Below are positions 49,358 through 59,656 of a stretch of 64,000 nt of DNA, piece by piece. Origin of the DNA: Anaeromyxobacter sp. Lineage in GTDB: Bacteria > Myxococcota > Myxococcia > Myxococcales > Anaeromyxobacteraceae. The notes under the pieces are model-generated. The model worked only from the letters and a program-made list of their open reading frames with translations. It had not been told where the DNA came from and did not search any database. The translations under genes and the position numbers were made by a program. The number at the start of each line of letters is the position of its first letter. The stretch's first letter is position 1. Location of the stretch: NCBI GenBank assembly GCA_049840735.1, contig JASGJN010000013.1, positions 320,001-384,000 on the forward strand, given 5' to 3'.

Positions 49358-49413
49358 GCATCCGCCCCCGCCCGCCCTTCGAGAGGTTCAGGGCGAGCGG
49401 GGGCGACGGATGC
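49358..49413. repeat. Long REP-like hairpin / probable bidirectional terminator
   Basis: GCATCCG-CCCCCGCCCGCCCT ... AGGGCGAGCGGGGG-CGA-CGGATGC; arm matches the 34491 element at 10/11. Confidence 0.7.
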
Positions 49414-50632
49414 CGTCGCACCCCAAGGGCGCACGCGCTGGAGCAAGTGAAAGGGAGAGGGAGGGGACGAAGGCCGCCATCTTCTCCCGCCCGAACGTCT
49501 CCACCGCCGCCCAGAGGTTGTGGCTTCGGCAACGGAGCCGAAGGTTGCGAGAGGTAGGCGGCCCGCCCAGCGCCTCCGCCTCGATGTGGTCGAGCTCCAG
49601 CTGCCAGCGGCTGCAGCAGCGCCGCCCGTCCGGCGAGACGTAGGAGCAGCAGCCTTCGTCGCGCGCCCACACCTCCCGCCGGACGTCGGCCGTGACGGTG
49701 CGAGGATTGAAGCGGCAAGGCGTGGCGAGGAAGGGGACCGGCTCCCCGGGGATCGCCGGCGCCGCCGACTCGGCCAGCACCGCCGCCTCCACCGGCACCG
49801 TGACCTCGACCGGAGCCGCAGCCTTCGCCAGCCCCACCGCCCCCTTTCGCCTCGAGTGCTTCTCGACCGCGCAGCGGATGGCCTCCTTGAGGACCTCGGC
49901 CAGGTTGCCGTCCGGGACCTTGTGCGAGAGCAGGTTGCGGAGGTCCTCCAGCTCGGCGCGCGCCTCCTCATCGAGCGTGACCCGCAGCGACCACTGCTCG
50001 CCGTTGACCGGCCGAAGCTCCGGACGGCTGGGAGCAGGCGTGGAGACGGGAGCCGTGAGCGCGAACGTGGGCGCCGAGGAGACGGCCGGCTCCGAAGGCA
50101 CGGACGGCGCCGCCTCAATCGGCCCGAGCGCCAGTGCAGTCGCACCCGTCGGATCCACCGGACGGAGCTGGGAGGCGGAAGCCGCAGGAGTGGGCGGAAC
50201 GCGGCGAAGCCCATCCTTCGGCGCCACCACCGGCTTGACCGAGACCACCAGCCGCTCCACGTCGGCCTTGGACTTGAAGGCAGCGCGGCCGAGGAGGTCG
50301 TCCAGGTTCTCCGCCGTCAGCACCTCACGCAGCAGTCCCAGGGTGGTGAGGGAGAGCCGGCCGTCACGCAGCGGCGCCTCGAGGGAGGGAAACCGCGAGA
50401 GCAGCCGCATGGCCGTGATCCGCCGCCAGGCGCCGTCTTCGGAGAGGTGCAGCGCCTCGCGGCAGTAGACCCAGAGCGACGAGAACCCCTGCACCAGGTA
50501 GAGCTTCCGCCGCTCCACCTCGGCCAGCACCAGGAGGAAGTCCACCTTGAGGCCCCGCTCCTCGCCCGCCAGCGACAGCAAACGCCCCATCAGCGTGGAG
50601 TCATCGAGGAGAGCGAGAGTGACATCGGCCAT
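49388..50632 (-). CDS. HNH endonuclease with DUF222-like helical N-terminus
   Basis: GGAGG RBS; VWARDEGCC..C..LELDHIE..GG..NLRLRCRSHN (zinc-finger HNH); codon usage less GC3-biased than neighbours. Confidence 0.88.
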   Translation of the reverse strand: MADVTLALLDDSTLMGRLLSLAGEERGLKVDFLLVLAEVERRKLYLVQGFSSLWVYCREALHLSEDGAWRRITAMRLLSRFPSLEAPLRDGRLSLTTLGLLREVLTAENLDDLLGRAAFKSKADVERLVVSVKPVVAPKDGLRRVPPTPAASASQLRPVDPTGATALALGPIEAAPSVPSEPAVSSAPTFALTAPVSTPAPSRPELRPVNGEQWSLRVTLDEEARAELEDLRNLLSHKVPDGNLAEVLKEAIRCAVEKHSRRKGAVGLAKAAAPVEVTVPVEAAVLAESAAPAIPGEPVPFLATPCRFNPRTVTADVRREVWARDEGCCSYVSPDGRRCCSRWQLELDHIEAEALGGPPTSRNLRLRCRSHNLWAAVETFGREKMAAFVPSLSLSLAPARAPLGCDGIRRPRSP

Positions 50633-50886
50633 GGCGCACCTCCAGCAGATGCCGCCATCGTAAGCCCGGATTCCGAGCCGCTCGCCGAGGCCCCCGGCGC
50701 TTCCCTACGCGTGAGATCGCGACACCCCCTCTCCGCCCCCCCACGACCCTTCACCATCCGCGCAGCACGCGCCCGCAGCGCTGCAGCACAGCCATTTCCA
50801 GCACCCCGCCCCCGCGAACCCCGCCTCGGCGCAAATCCGCGTCAAGCGCAATCGTCAGCCACTCACTCGGGACGCCCCATCCGTCG

Positions 50887-50997
50887 CTTACTCTGGAGCA
50901 AGCGCACAAATAGTGAACCCCGCCGCCCCCCTCCGGCCGCTCCGCCCCCGCCCCGCCGTTTCACTTACTCCGGAGCAAATGCACCCTCAGTGAACCC
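50887..50997. repeat. Two 34-nt imperfect direct repeats separated by 43 nt
   Basis: CTTACTCTGGAGCAAGCGCACAAATAGTGAACCC (50887-50920) vs CTTACTCCGGAGCAAATGCACCCTCAGTGAACCC (50964-50997), 27/34 identical. Confidence 0.8.
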
Positions 50998-51190
50998 ACC
51001 CGCCTCCTCTCGTCCCCAGCCCCCACGCACCTTCAACAGCACTGTCCCAGCCGCGGCGCAGGGGCAGGGGCTCCCCTGCGCCCTGTCCCGCCGGCAGCGC
51101 ACCGGGTAGCTCATCGCTCTCGGACCTGCGCCGCTCGCGGTCCCACCCTGCGCCTTCCCGCCGGCCGCGCCAATCGCGGTCAACCGCCCC

Positions 51191-52132
51191 CTACCGCTCC
51201 TCCAACCTCCCCACCAGCGCCGTCGCCCCTGCGATCCCCGCCGCCCGGAAGCACAGCCCCACTCCCGGCACGGCCAGGATCAGCCCCATCACCACCGCGA
51301 ACCCGGCCGTCTCCCACGGATGACGCTCGGTGAACGCCACCTCGTCGTGCCAGGGCCGCGAGAGCCGGCGGACGATCCGCCCCGTCCACCCCAGCGGCCG
51401 CAGCAGGACGAAGAGCCCTCCCCCGCGCCGCAGCAGGCGCGCGAACCACGGCTCGGGCGCGGGCAGCCGCTCCCCGGGCAGCACCTCGGAGGGCAGCTCG
51501 AAGGCGTCGATGACGATCCAGTGGAAGGTCCACAGGCCGGCCACCACCGCCGCCTCCCACGCCCCGGCCAGCCGCACCACCACGATCACCGGGAAGATCC
51601 CCGCCGCCACCAGCACCGCCTGGCGCAGCGCCTTCGCCGACTCGTGCAGCACCAGCTTCACGAACGGGCCGTGGAAGGTGTCGCGCCCTGGCGAGAACCC
51701 CAGCGCGCGCCGGGCCTCCAGCGCCACCCGGCCCCACTGCCGCTGCAGGAGCGTGGGCGGCATGGAGGCCAGCGCCACGAAGGCGACCGTGAAGGCGTGG
51801 AGCGTGCCCAGCGGGTCCGCCTGCGCCTCCGGGTCTTCGAGGTCGCTCCAGGTGGACCAGGCGGCCACGGCGGCGCAGCCGAGCACGGTCAGCAGGGTGG
51901 GCCAGAGCGCCGCCCGGCGCAGCGCCGGGTCGGTGGCCACGCGGCGGGCCGCGTCCAGCGCCTGCCCCGCGCCCCACAGGAAGCGCCCGGCCGGATCCGG
52001 CCGCGCCGCGGCCTGGGGCGTGGCGGCGTGGAAGCGGAGCGCCTCCAGCGCCTGGCGCGGCCCGCGCACCGCCGGCCCCACCAGCGCGGTGACCAGCGGC
52101 GGCGGAGCCAGCTCCTGGGACGGCTCGCTCAT
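51191..52132 (-). CDS. Hypothetical membrane protein (possibly EI24/CysZ-like)
   Basis: Several hydrophobic helices; start overlaps the deoB stop. Confidence 0.65.
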   Translation of the reverse strand: MSEPSQELAPPPLVTALVGPAVRGPRQALEALRFHAATPQAAARPDPAGRFLWGAGQALDAARRVATDPALRRAALWPTLLTVLGCAAVAAWSTWSDLEDPEAQADPLGTLHAFTVAFVALASMPPTLLQRQWGRVALEARRALGFSPGRDTFHGPFVKLVLHESAKALRQAVLVAAGIFPVIVVVRLAGAWEAAVVAGLWTFHWIVIDAFELPSEVLPGERLPAPEPWFARLLRRGGGLFVLLRPLGWTGRIVRRLSRPWHDEVAFTERHPWETAGFAVVMGLILAVPGVGLCFRAAGIAGATALVGRLEER

Positions 52133-53299
52133 CCCAGCACCTCGCCCCGGAAGCTCCGCCCCACCTCCGGGCGCAGCCCGAAGTGCTCGGCCACGGTGGC
52201 CCCCAGGTCGGCGAACGACTCGCGCGTGCCCAGCGGGCCGCCGCCGCGCCCCGGCGCGTGGACCAGCAGCGGCACGTGCTCGCGCGAGTGGTCGGTGGAC
52301 GGGGTGGTGGGATCGCAGCCGTGGTCGGCGGTGAGGGCGAACAGGTCGCCCGGCCGCAGCCGCGAGAGGAGGCGCGGCAGGGCCTGGTCCAGCGCCTCCA
52401 GCGCCCGCGCGTAGCCGGCCGGGTCGTTGCGGTGGCCGTAGAGCATGTCGAAGTCCACCAGGTTGACGAAGAGCAGGCCGTGATCGAGGCGGTCGAGCAG
52501 CGCCTCGGTGCGCGCCAGCCCGTCGGCGTTCCCCTCGGTGTGGACCTCCTCGCTGATCCCCTTGCGGTCGAAGATGTCCGGGATCTTGCCCACGCCCACC
52601 ACCGGCACGCCCGCCTCCGCCAGCCGCTCCAGCACCGTCGGCACCGGCGTGGCGATGGAGAAGTCCTTCCGGTTGTAGGTGCGGACGTAGCGGCCGGGGG
52701 TCCCCACGAACGGCCGCGCGATGACGCGCGCCACCCGGTGCGGATCGAGCAGCCGCCGCGCGGTGCGGCACCAGGCGTAGAGCGTCTCGAGCGGCACCGT
52801 CTCCTCGTGGGCGGCGATTCTGGAAGACCGAGTCGGCGGAGGTGTAGACGATGGGCTTGCCGGTGCGCTGGTGCTCCGGCCCCAGCTCCTCGATGATGGC
52901 CGTGCCGCTTGCGACCGCGTTGCCCAGCACGCCCGGCGCCCCGGTCTCCGCCAGGAAGGGCCCGATGATCTCCGGCGGGAAGCCCCGCGGGAAGAGCGCC
53001 AGCCCCTGCCGCAGCACCACGCCCATCATCTCCCAGTGGCCGGTGATGGTGTCCTTCCCCTCCGACTGCTCCGCCATGCGCCCGTACCAGCCGGTGGGGG
53101 CCGGGTCCGGCGGCACGCCCAGCACCCGCGTCAGGTGGCCCAGCCCCAGGCGACCCATCACCGGCAGCGAGAGGCCGCCCACGGCGCGGCTCACGTTCCC
53201 GATGGTGTCCGAGCCGGCGTCGCCGTAGGCGGCCGCGTCGGGCAGCGCGCCGCAGCCGGCGCTGTCGGCGACGAGGAGGAGGAAGCGGCGGCGATCCAT
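52129..53299 (-). CDS. deoB: Phosphopentomutase (frameshift ~52818)
   Basis: VADSAGCG, GKDTITGHWE, YTSADSVFQ, NLVDFDMLYGHRND, TADHGCDP, DHSREHVP. Confidence 0.95.
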
Positions 53300-53315
53300 G
53301 ACCCGATCCTAAGCG

Positions 53316-53999
53316 TCAGAAGCTCGCCGCGCTCACGATGGCGACGCTGGCCGAGGCCCCGACCCGGTCCGCCCCTGCGGCGATCATGGCCAGCGCGTCG
53401 GCGGCGGTCCGGATCCCGCCCGATGCCTTCACGCCCAGGGCCGGCCCCACCACCTCGCGCAGCAGCGCCACCGCCTCGCGCGTGGCCCCGCCGCGGCCGA
53501 AGCCGGTGGAGGTCTTCACGTAGGCGGCCCCGGCGCAGCGGGCCAGCGCGGCCCCGGCGGCGAGCTGGTCGCGGGTCAGGTGGGCGGTCTCGAGGATCAC
53601 CTTCACCGGCACGCCGGCCGCCGCCACCACCGCCCGCAGGTCGCGCAGCACCGCCTCGTGCCGCCCGGCCAGCAGGTCCGGCAGCCGGACCACCACGTCC
53701 ACCTCCTCGGCCCCGGCCCGCGCCAGCGCCGCGGCCTCGGCCGCCCGGGCCTCCGGGCTGGCCTCGCCCAGCGGGAAGTCGGCCACCGCGATGGCCTTCA
53801 CCCCCGAGCCGGCCAGCCGCCGGCGCGCCTCGGGCACCCACTCGCCGCGCACGCAGACGGTGGCGAAGCGGTGCGCCAGCGCCTCGTCGAGGAGCCGGGC
53901 CACCTCGGCCGCCCCGGCGCCCGGCGCCAGCAGGGTGTGGTCGATGAAGGGGGCCAGGTCGCGCGGGGTACGGAGGCGGGCGGGGTCGAGGAGCGCCAT
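53316..53999 (-). CDS. deoC: Deoxyribose-phosphate aldolase
   Basis: IDHTLL, VKVILET, YVKTSTGF, VKASGGIRT, RVGAS. Confidence 0.96.
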   Translation of the reverse strand: MALLDPARLRTPRDLAPFIDHTLLAPGAGAAEVARLLDEALAHRFATVCVRGEWVPEARRRLAGSGVKAIAVADFPLGEASPEARAAEAAALARAGAEEVDVVVRLPDLLAGRHEAVLRDLRAVVAAAGVPVKVILETAHLTRDQLAAGAALARCAGAAYVKTSTGFGRGGATREAVALLREVVGPALGVKASGGIRTAADALAMIAAGADRVGASASVAIVSAASF

Positions 54000-54043
54000 G
54001 CGCCGCATGGTAGCGGAAGCGGCGCCGGCGCGGGGGCCGCGCG

Positions 54044-55414
54044 CTACGCCGGGTGCACGCCCCCTTCGCCTCCCGACGCCCCGGCGGCGTCGGGCGACGT
54101 CGCCGGCGCGCTCTCCCCTGCCCGGTCCAGCGCCAGCTTGAAGAGGATGGGGCCGGCCAGCTCGTTGACCGACACCACCGCGACGGCCAGCGCGCCGAAG
54201 GCCGGCCCGAAGCCCGGGAACTCGCCCGCCACCTTGGCCGCGATGCCGAGCGCCAGCCCGGCCTGCGAGACCATGCCGGCGAACCCCCAGCGGGCCACGG
54301 CGGGCGGATCCCCGGCCAGCGACGAGGCGGCGCGCTGCGCGCCCCAGCTCAGCGCCGCCCGCGCCCCGGCCAGGAGCAGCGCCGCCGGCCAGAGCGTGGC
54401 CAGCAGCCCCAGGTCCAGGTGCGCGCCGGCGGTGGCGAAGAAGACCACGTAGACCACCTCGCCGGCCCGCTCCACCTCGTGCAGCAGCCGCGGCCCCTGC
54501 CGCGAGAGGTTCTGCACCACGAAGCCGGCCACGATGAAGACGAGCAGCCACTCGAACCGCAGCCAGGAGAAGAGCTGGGTGAAGACCAGGCCGAAGGCCA
54601 GCAGCACCAGCAGCACCTGCCGCCCCACCAGCTTGAGATACAGCGCCAGCGCCAGGCCGATGGTGGTGCCGATGGCGATCGACCCCAGCAGCTCGTGCCC
54701 CACCTCGCCCAGCGAGGAGAGGGCCAGCGCCGCGCCCGGCTCGAGCATGGGCCGGGCCACCGTGAGCGCGAGGGCCAGCACCACCACCACCACCACGTCC
54801 GAGGTCATGACGAAGTTGAGGTTGTGGGAGGCCACCGGGCCGCGAGCGCGGGTCTGGGCCAGGATGCCCAGCGTGGCGGACGGGCTGCGGGTGAGCGCCA
54901 CCACGCCCCACAGCAGCGCCACCCCCAGCGCCGCCACCGGCGCCATCCCGGCGGCGAACGGCACCAGCCCGCGCACGGCGAAGAAGACCGCCGCCATGCC
55001 CAAGAGCCCCACCGCGTTGTGGATCAGCGTGGCCCAGGCCAGGCCGCGCCAGGCGGAGAGCACCTCGCGCGCGCGCAGCTCGGCGCCGCCGGCCAGCGCG
55101 ATGAGCGCCAGCGCCACGGTGTTGACCACCTGCAGGTCCTCGACGGCCCGGTGCTCGACCACCTGGAGCACGTGGGGGCCCACCAGCACGCCGGCCACCA
55201 GGTAGGCGGTCAGGTGCGGGAAGCCCAGCGGCTCCAGCGCCGCCGCCAGCGCCGCGCCGGAGAGCAGCAGGAAGCCGAACGCGGCCAGGCTGCCGGCCGG
55301 GCCGGGATCGCCGGGGAGCATGCGGCTGGCGCCGTACATGAGCGCCACCACCACCAGCGCCACCGCGGCGCCCGCCAGCCGGGCGGCCGGGGTGCGCGCG
55401 CCCCCGCCGCTCAT
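54044..55414 (-). CDS. Cation:proton antiporter family protein
   Basis: PHLTAYLVAGVLVGP, GGAEL, FFATAGA, SQAGLALG, NELAGP; about 13 TM helices. Confidence 0.85.
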   Translation of the reverse strand: MSGGGARTPAARLAGAAVALVVVALMYGASRMLPGDPGPAGSLAAFGFLLLSGAALAAALEPLGFPHLTAYLVAGVLVGPHVLQVVEHRAVEDLQVVNTVALALIALAGGAELRAREVLSAWRGLAWATLIHNAVGLLGMAAVFFAVRGLVPFAAGMAPVAALGVALLWGVVALTRSPSATLGILAQTRARGPVASHNLNFVMTSDVVVVVVLALALTVARPMLEPGAALALSSLGEVGHELLGSIAIGTTIGLALALYLKLVGRQVLLVLLAFGLVFTQLFSWLRFEWLLVFIVAGFVVQNLSRQGPRLLHEVERAGEVVYVVFFATAGAHLDLGLLATLWPAALLLAGARAALSWGAQRAASSLAGDPPAVARWGFAGMVSQAGLALGIAAKVAGEFPGFGPAFGALAVAVVSVNELAGPILFKLALDRAGESAPATSPDAAGASGGEGGVHPA

Positions 55415-56646
55415 GGCGCCACCTCCAGGCCCGCGGCGGCCGGGCCTGCCCCGGCCGGCGGCAGCTCACCGGCGCGGTCCAGCGCGCGCCGCAGCGCCCG
55501 GGGCGAGAGCAGCTCGCCCAGCACCGCGCCCGCCGCCGCGCAGGCCAGCACCGTCGCGCCCTCCGGCCCGGGGTAGCGGACCGCCAGCACCAGCCCCACG
55601 CACACGCCGAACGGGCCGGGCGTGGCCAGCGCCGGGGCCAGGGCCGCCCCGCCCCGCCGCGCCGCCGGCGACGCCCCCGCCAGCAGCAGCGCCGTGGCCA
55701 CGTTGCCGGCCACCAGCGCCGCCGCCGCCGCGAGGACCACCGCCGGCAGCCCGGCGGTGGCCTGCGGCTGCACCAGGGCTCCGGCGATGAGCAGGGCCGG
55801 CGCGATCACCGGCCGCTCCACCGTGTGGGCCAGCGCCCGCAGCGGCTCGCGCTGCGGCGCGGCGGCGGCCGCCACCAGCCCCAGCGCGAAGGCCGCCGGG
55901 ACCGGCGACACGCCGGCCCGGACCGCCACCCCCAGCGCCACCAGCGCCGTGCCCATCAGCACCGCCACCATCGCGTCCGGCCGCGCGTCGAAGCGGATCA
56001 GGAGCCCCGCGCCCAGCCCCAGCGCCGCGCCCAGCGCCAGCGGGGCGGCCCCGGCGCCCACCGCCCCCACGCGCTCCAGCACCAGCGGGGAGGCGTCGGC
56101 CGCCACCAGCCAGGCCAGCACCAGCACCGGCACCAAGTCGCCGGCGTCGGACAGGCCGTGGAGCAGCTCGGTGAGCGGGCCGCGCGCGCCGTGGCGGGCG
56201 ACGGCCCAGCGGATGGCGTTGCGGGTGGTGCCGGCCAGGGCCGCGCCCGCCCCCAGCGCCGTGATCCGCTGGCCCTGGGTCGCGAGGAAGCCGGTGCCCT
56301 GCTGCGCCGCCAGCACCGCGCCCACCGCCGCGGCCACCGCCGCGAGGGGGACCAGCGTCAGCAGCACCGCGCCGGCGACGCGGGCCGGCGGGATGCGCCG
56401 GCCGTCGACGAAGCCGTAGTCCAGGCCGATCACCAGCGCCACCCAGGCGCCGGCGGCGGCCCCCAGCGGCGCGAAGGCCCGGACCAGCTCGACCGGCACG
56501 GTGCCCAGCACGGCCGGGCCCAGCAGGAAGCCGACGGTGATCACGCCGGCGCCGGAGGCGAAGCCCACGTACCCCTGCTTGCGCCCCCGCGCGCCGCCCA
56601 TGGAGGCGGCCACCAGCAGCGCCAGCAGCACCCAGACCGTGGTCAC
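55411..56646 (-). CDS. Divergent cation:proton antiporter-like membrane protein
   Basis: GFLLGPAVLG, GLD; highly hydrophobic; coupled to the next antiporter. Confidence 0.6.
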   Translation of the reverse strand: MTTVWVLLALLVAASMGGARGRKQGYVGFASGAGVITVGFLLGPAVLGTVPVELVRAFAPLGAAAGAWVALVIGLDYGFVDGRRIPPARVAGAVLLTLVPLAAVAAAVGAVLAAQQGTGFLATQGQRITALGAGAALAGTTRNAIRWAVARHGARGPLTELLHGLSDAGDLVPVLVLAWLVAADASPLVLERVGAVGAGAAPLALGAALGLGAGLLIRFDARPDAMVAVLMGTALVALGVAVRAGVSPVPAAFALGLVAAAAAPQREPLRALAHTVERPVIAPALLIAGALVQPQATAGLPAVVLAAAAALVAGNVATALLLAGASPAARRGGAALAPALATPGPFGVCVGLVLAVRYPGPEGATVLACAAAGAVLGELLSPRALRRALDRAGELPPAGAGPAAAGLEVAP

Positions 56647-57880
56647 GGGCGCCGCCCCACGCGCGTCGGGTGGAGGAGCGTGAGCAGGTGCGGGACCCGC
56701 ACGACGCCGCCCTGCTCGTCCTGCAGCACCACCTCGCGCAGCGTCACCTCCAGCACCCGCCCGCGGCGGCCGCCCACCTCGACCTCGGCCCCGGGGTGGA
56801 GCGCGCCGCCGTACACCGCCAGCACGCCCAGCAGCACGGTGGCGGCGATGGGGGTGAGCCCCAGCCCCAGCGCGATGAGGACCGTCCAGCCCAGCCCGCC
56901 CAGCCCCCGCTCGCCGGTGCCCAGCACCCCCGGCGCCAGCAGGAGCCCCAGCACCACCAGGCCCGCCCGCACCAGCACGCCGGAGGGGCGGGCGCGCTCG
57001 TGCCGAGAACCAGCTGGAGGAGGCCTGGCTCGTGGCCAGCGCCTCGAACCAGCGGCGGGTGGCGCGCAGCAGCCCCGCCACCACCGCGATCAGCACCGCG
57101 GCCGCCAGCAGCTGCGGCACCAGCCGGCCGGCCTCGGCCGCCAGGGCCGCCGCCGGAATCGAGCAGGGCGCTGGTGAGGCGGCCCACCAGCGGGCGCGTC
57201 CGCTCGAAGAGCGAGGCCGCGAACAGCAGCCAGGCGTAGCCCACGGCGAGCACCGCGCCGAAGCGGAGGATGCGCAGCGCCAGCGGGACCACCCCGCGCA
57301 GGAAGGCCGCGCTCGCCACCTCCACGCCGCCCAGCGTCAGCGACCCGAGCGTCAGCTCCCCGGCCTCGACCCGCTCGGCCAGCGCGCCGCCCACCGCCCC
57401 CAGGCGGCGGACCAGCAGCACCGCGATCAGCCCGGAGAAGACCAGCATCGACCAGGCGAAGACCGCCTCCTGCGCCGCCCGCCGCCAGCCCTCGGCGCGG
57501 ACCGCGCGCTCGGCCGCGGGCAGCACGGCGGCGGCCAGCGCCGCGGCGTCGGGCTGGCCGGCCGCGGTCGCGTCCTCCGGCCCCAGCACCAGCACGCGCC
57601 GCGCGCCCAGCCGCAGCTCCACGCGATCGCCGGCCGGCGCGGCGGTGAGCGCCTGGTCCCCCGCGGCCACGCCGGCGGCCAGGGCCTGGCTGGCCTCGCG
57701 GGCGCGGATCGCGGCGCCCTGCCCGTCGAGGGGGGCCACGAGGTCGACCACCGGCGTGTCCCCGAGCAGGACCCGGCCGGCGGGCGCGGGGGCGGGGCCG
57801 GCGGCCAGCGCCGGCGCGGCCACCAGCAGCGCCAGCGCCGCGAGCAGTGGCGGGGCGAGGGGGCGGGAGTGGGTGCGCAC
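56643..57880 (-). CDS. MscS-like membrane protein, short form (frameshifts ~57158 and ~56990)
   Basis: Signal peptide, TM helices, LHPGAEVEVGGRRGRVLEVTLR..VRVPH beta domain. Confidence 0.7.
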
Positions 57881-57888
57881 GCCCGATT

Positions 57889-59541
57889 CTACCGGCTGGC
57901 CCGCCGGCCCGTCGAGACGGGATCGCCGCCGGACGGATCCCACTGTCCGGGCGGTACGTACACCTTGCCGTCCGGCTGCATCATGAAGTGCGGGGACATG
58001 ATTCGCACCCCGGCCTGGTTGAACGCGTCCTGGATGGCGGCGTGCAAATCCGAGAGCACCTGCAGCCGCTGGTCGCACGCCTCGAGGTTCACCAGCAGCT
58101 GGTACTCCACGTAGAAGTCGGAGAGCGCGCGCTGCAGCACCCGCGGCGCCGGCTGGGCGCGCAGGCCGGGGGTGGCCGCGGCCGCGCCGGTGAGCAGGGC
58201 GTGGACCTGCCGCCAGGGCGCGTCGTAGCCGATGGTGACGGTGGTGCTCGCCACGGCGCCCTCGGCGCCGGAGAGGCGCGAGTAGTTGGTGACCGAGGCC
58301 GCCACCAGCACGGCGTTGGGGACGGTCACCTCCTCCAGCCGGAGGTTCGCGACCTTGGTGGAGAGGACGCCGACGTGCGTGACCGTGCCCTCCACCTCGC
58401 CCACGCGGACGTAGTCGCCGGGGCGGAGCGCGCGGGAGTAGACCAGCACCAGGCCGCTCATGAGCTGGTTCACGATGTTGGAGGAGCCGAGCGTGAACAT
58501 GATGCCGACGAAGACGCTCACGCCCTTGAAGACGCCGGTCTCCGAGCCCGGGATGTACGGGTAGGCCACCACCGCGCCGAAGACCCAGATCACGCCCAGC
58601 ACGATGCGGCGGGTGGCGCGGGCGGTCTCGCGCTCCAGCCAGCCGATCTGGATCCGGCCGGTCTCGACCCGCTCGAACAGGCCGCTGGCGGCGGAGGCCA
58701 CGGCGCGGGTCAGCGCCAGGATCACGCCCACTGCGAACAGCCCCGGGATGGCGCCCAGCGCGCCGGAGAGCAGGCCGCTGGCCAGGCCGGCCAGGTAGCT
58801 GCCCAGCCCATCCGCCCAGGGGCGGGTGTACTCGAAGCGCCCCAGCACCGCGGTGAGCCAGGCGTAGCCGAACGCCACCGCCACCAGGAGCGCCGCGGCC
58901 TTGATCAGCGTCTGCGCCAGCGCCGTCAGCAGGGGGGCCAGGTCCACGCCGAACAGCTGGACGCGCCAGGGCAGCCCCTCCGACGCCTGCACGCGGCGCA
59001 GCACCGCCCGGCGCCCCCGCACCAGCAGCCAGAGCACCAGCGCGAAGGCCAGCGTCTCCAGGAGCCCCACGCCGGCCTCGCGGAGCAGCGTGGGCAGGTG
59101 GCGCTCCTCGTCGCGCGCCTGCAGCGCCGCCCCCAGCCGGCGCGCCGCGTCCCGGGCCGCCGGCTCCAGCCCGCCCGACTCGGGCGGCAGGTCGGCCTCG
59201 AAGAGCGCGAAGGCGATCAGGCCGCCGGCCGAGATCACCGCCGCGCGCCGGCCGGCCAGCTCGGCCACGTCGAAGTGGACCTCGGCGGCGGCCGCCTCCG
59301 GCAGCTCGCCGATGCGCCCCTCGGCGCGCCGGGCCCGCTCCTCCGGCGTGGCCCCGGCCACGGTGGCGCGCAGCTCGGCCACCGGCTGGTTCCAGACCCG
59401 GATCACCGCCGGCGGCGCCCCCGGCGTGGCGCGCGGCGGCTCGCTGGCGCCCTCGTCGGCGCGCGCCGGGCCGGCGGCCAGGGCCAGGGCCAGCAGCGGG
59501 AGCAGCGCGAGGCGGCGGGCGGCGGCGGGGGCGTGGGGCAT
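57889..59541 (-). CDS. MscS family mechanosensitive channel
   Basis: GLVLVYSRALRPGDYV, VPNAVL, NYSR, IGYDAPW, IQDAFNQAGVRIMSPH. Confidence 0.92.
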   Translation of the reverse strand: MPHAPAAARRLALLPLLALALAAGPARADEGASEPPRATPGAPPAVIRVWNQPVAELRATVAGATPEERARRAEGRIGELPEAAAAEVHFDVAELAGRRAAVISAGGLIAFALFEADLPPESGGLEPAARDAARRLGAALQARDEERHLPTLLREAGVGLLETLAFALVLWLLVRGRRAVLRRVQASEGLPWRVQLFGVDLAPLLTALAQTLIKAAALLVAVAFGYAWLTAVLGRFEYTRPWADGLGSYLAGLASGLLSGALGAIPGLFAVGVILALTRAVASAASGLFERVETGRIQIGWLERETARATRRIVLGVIWVFGAVVAYPYIPGSETGVFKGVSVFVGIMFTLGSSNIVNQLMSGLVLVYSRALRPGDYVRVGEVEGTVTHVGVLSTKVANLRLEEVTVPNAVLVAASVTNYSRLSGAEGAVASTTVTIGYDAPWRQVHALLTGAAAATPGLRAQPAPRVLQRALSDFYVEYQLLVNLEACDQRLQVLSDLHAAIQDAFNQAGVRIMSPHFMMQPDGKVYVPPGQWDPSGGDPVSTGRRASR

Positions 59542-59656
59542 GGCGGTTCCGCGCGACGACGGGGGACGGCCGGGGCGAACGGCGGGCGCACCGGGAGTGT
59601 CCAGTGGTATGTAGGCGCATCGCTGCGAGGCTGTCCATACGCCCGAGGTCCACCGC

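Noticed and set aside
50887..50997. Canonical CRISPR array
   Set aside because: Only two repeats at 79% identity, low-complexity spacer, no cas genes in the window; kept as a repeat and finding only
51084..51110. Further copy of the ECF motif (TGTCCCGCC)
   Set aside because: Second box matches poorly and it faces away from the HNH gene
51191..53299. 702-aa DeoB-membrane protein fusion
   Set aside because: Artefact of the frameshift at ~52818; the membrane gene has its own ATG at 52132
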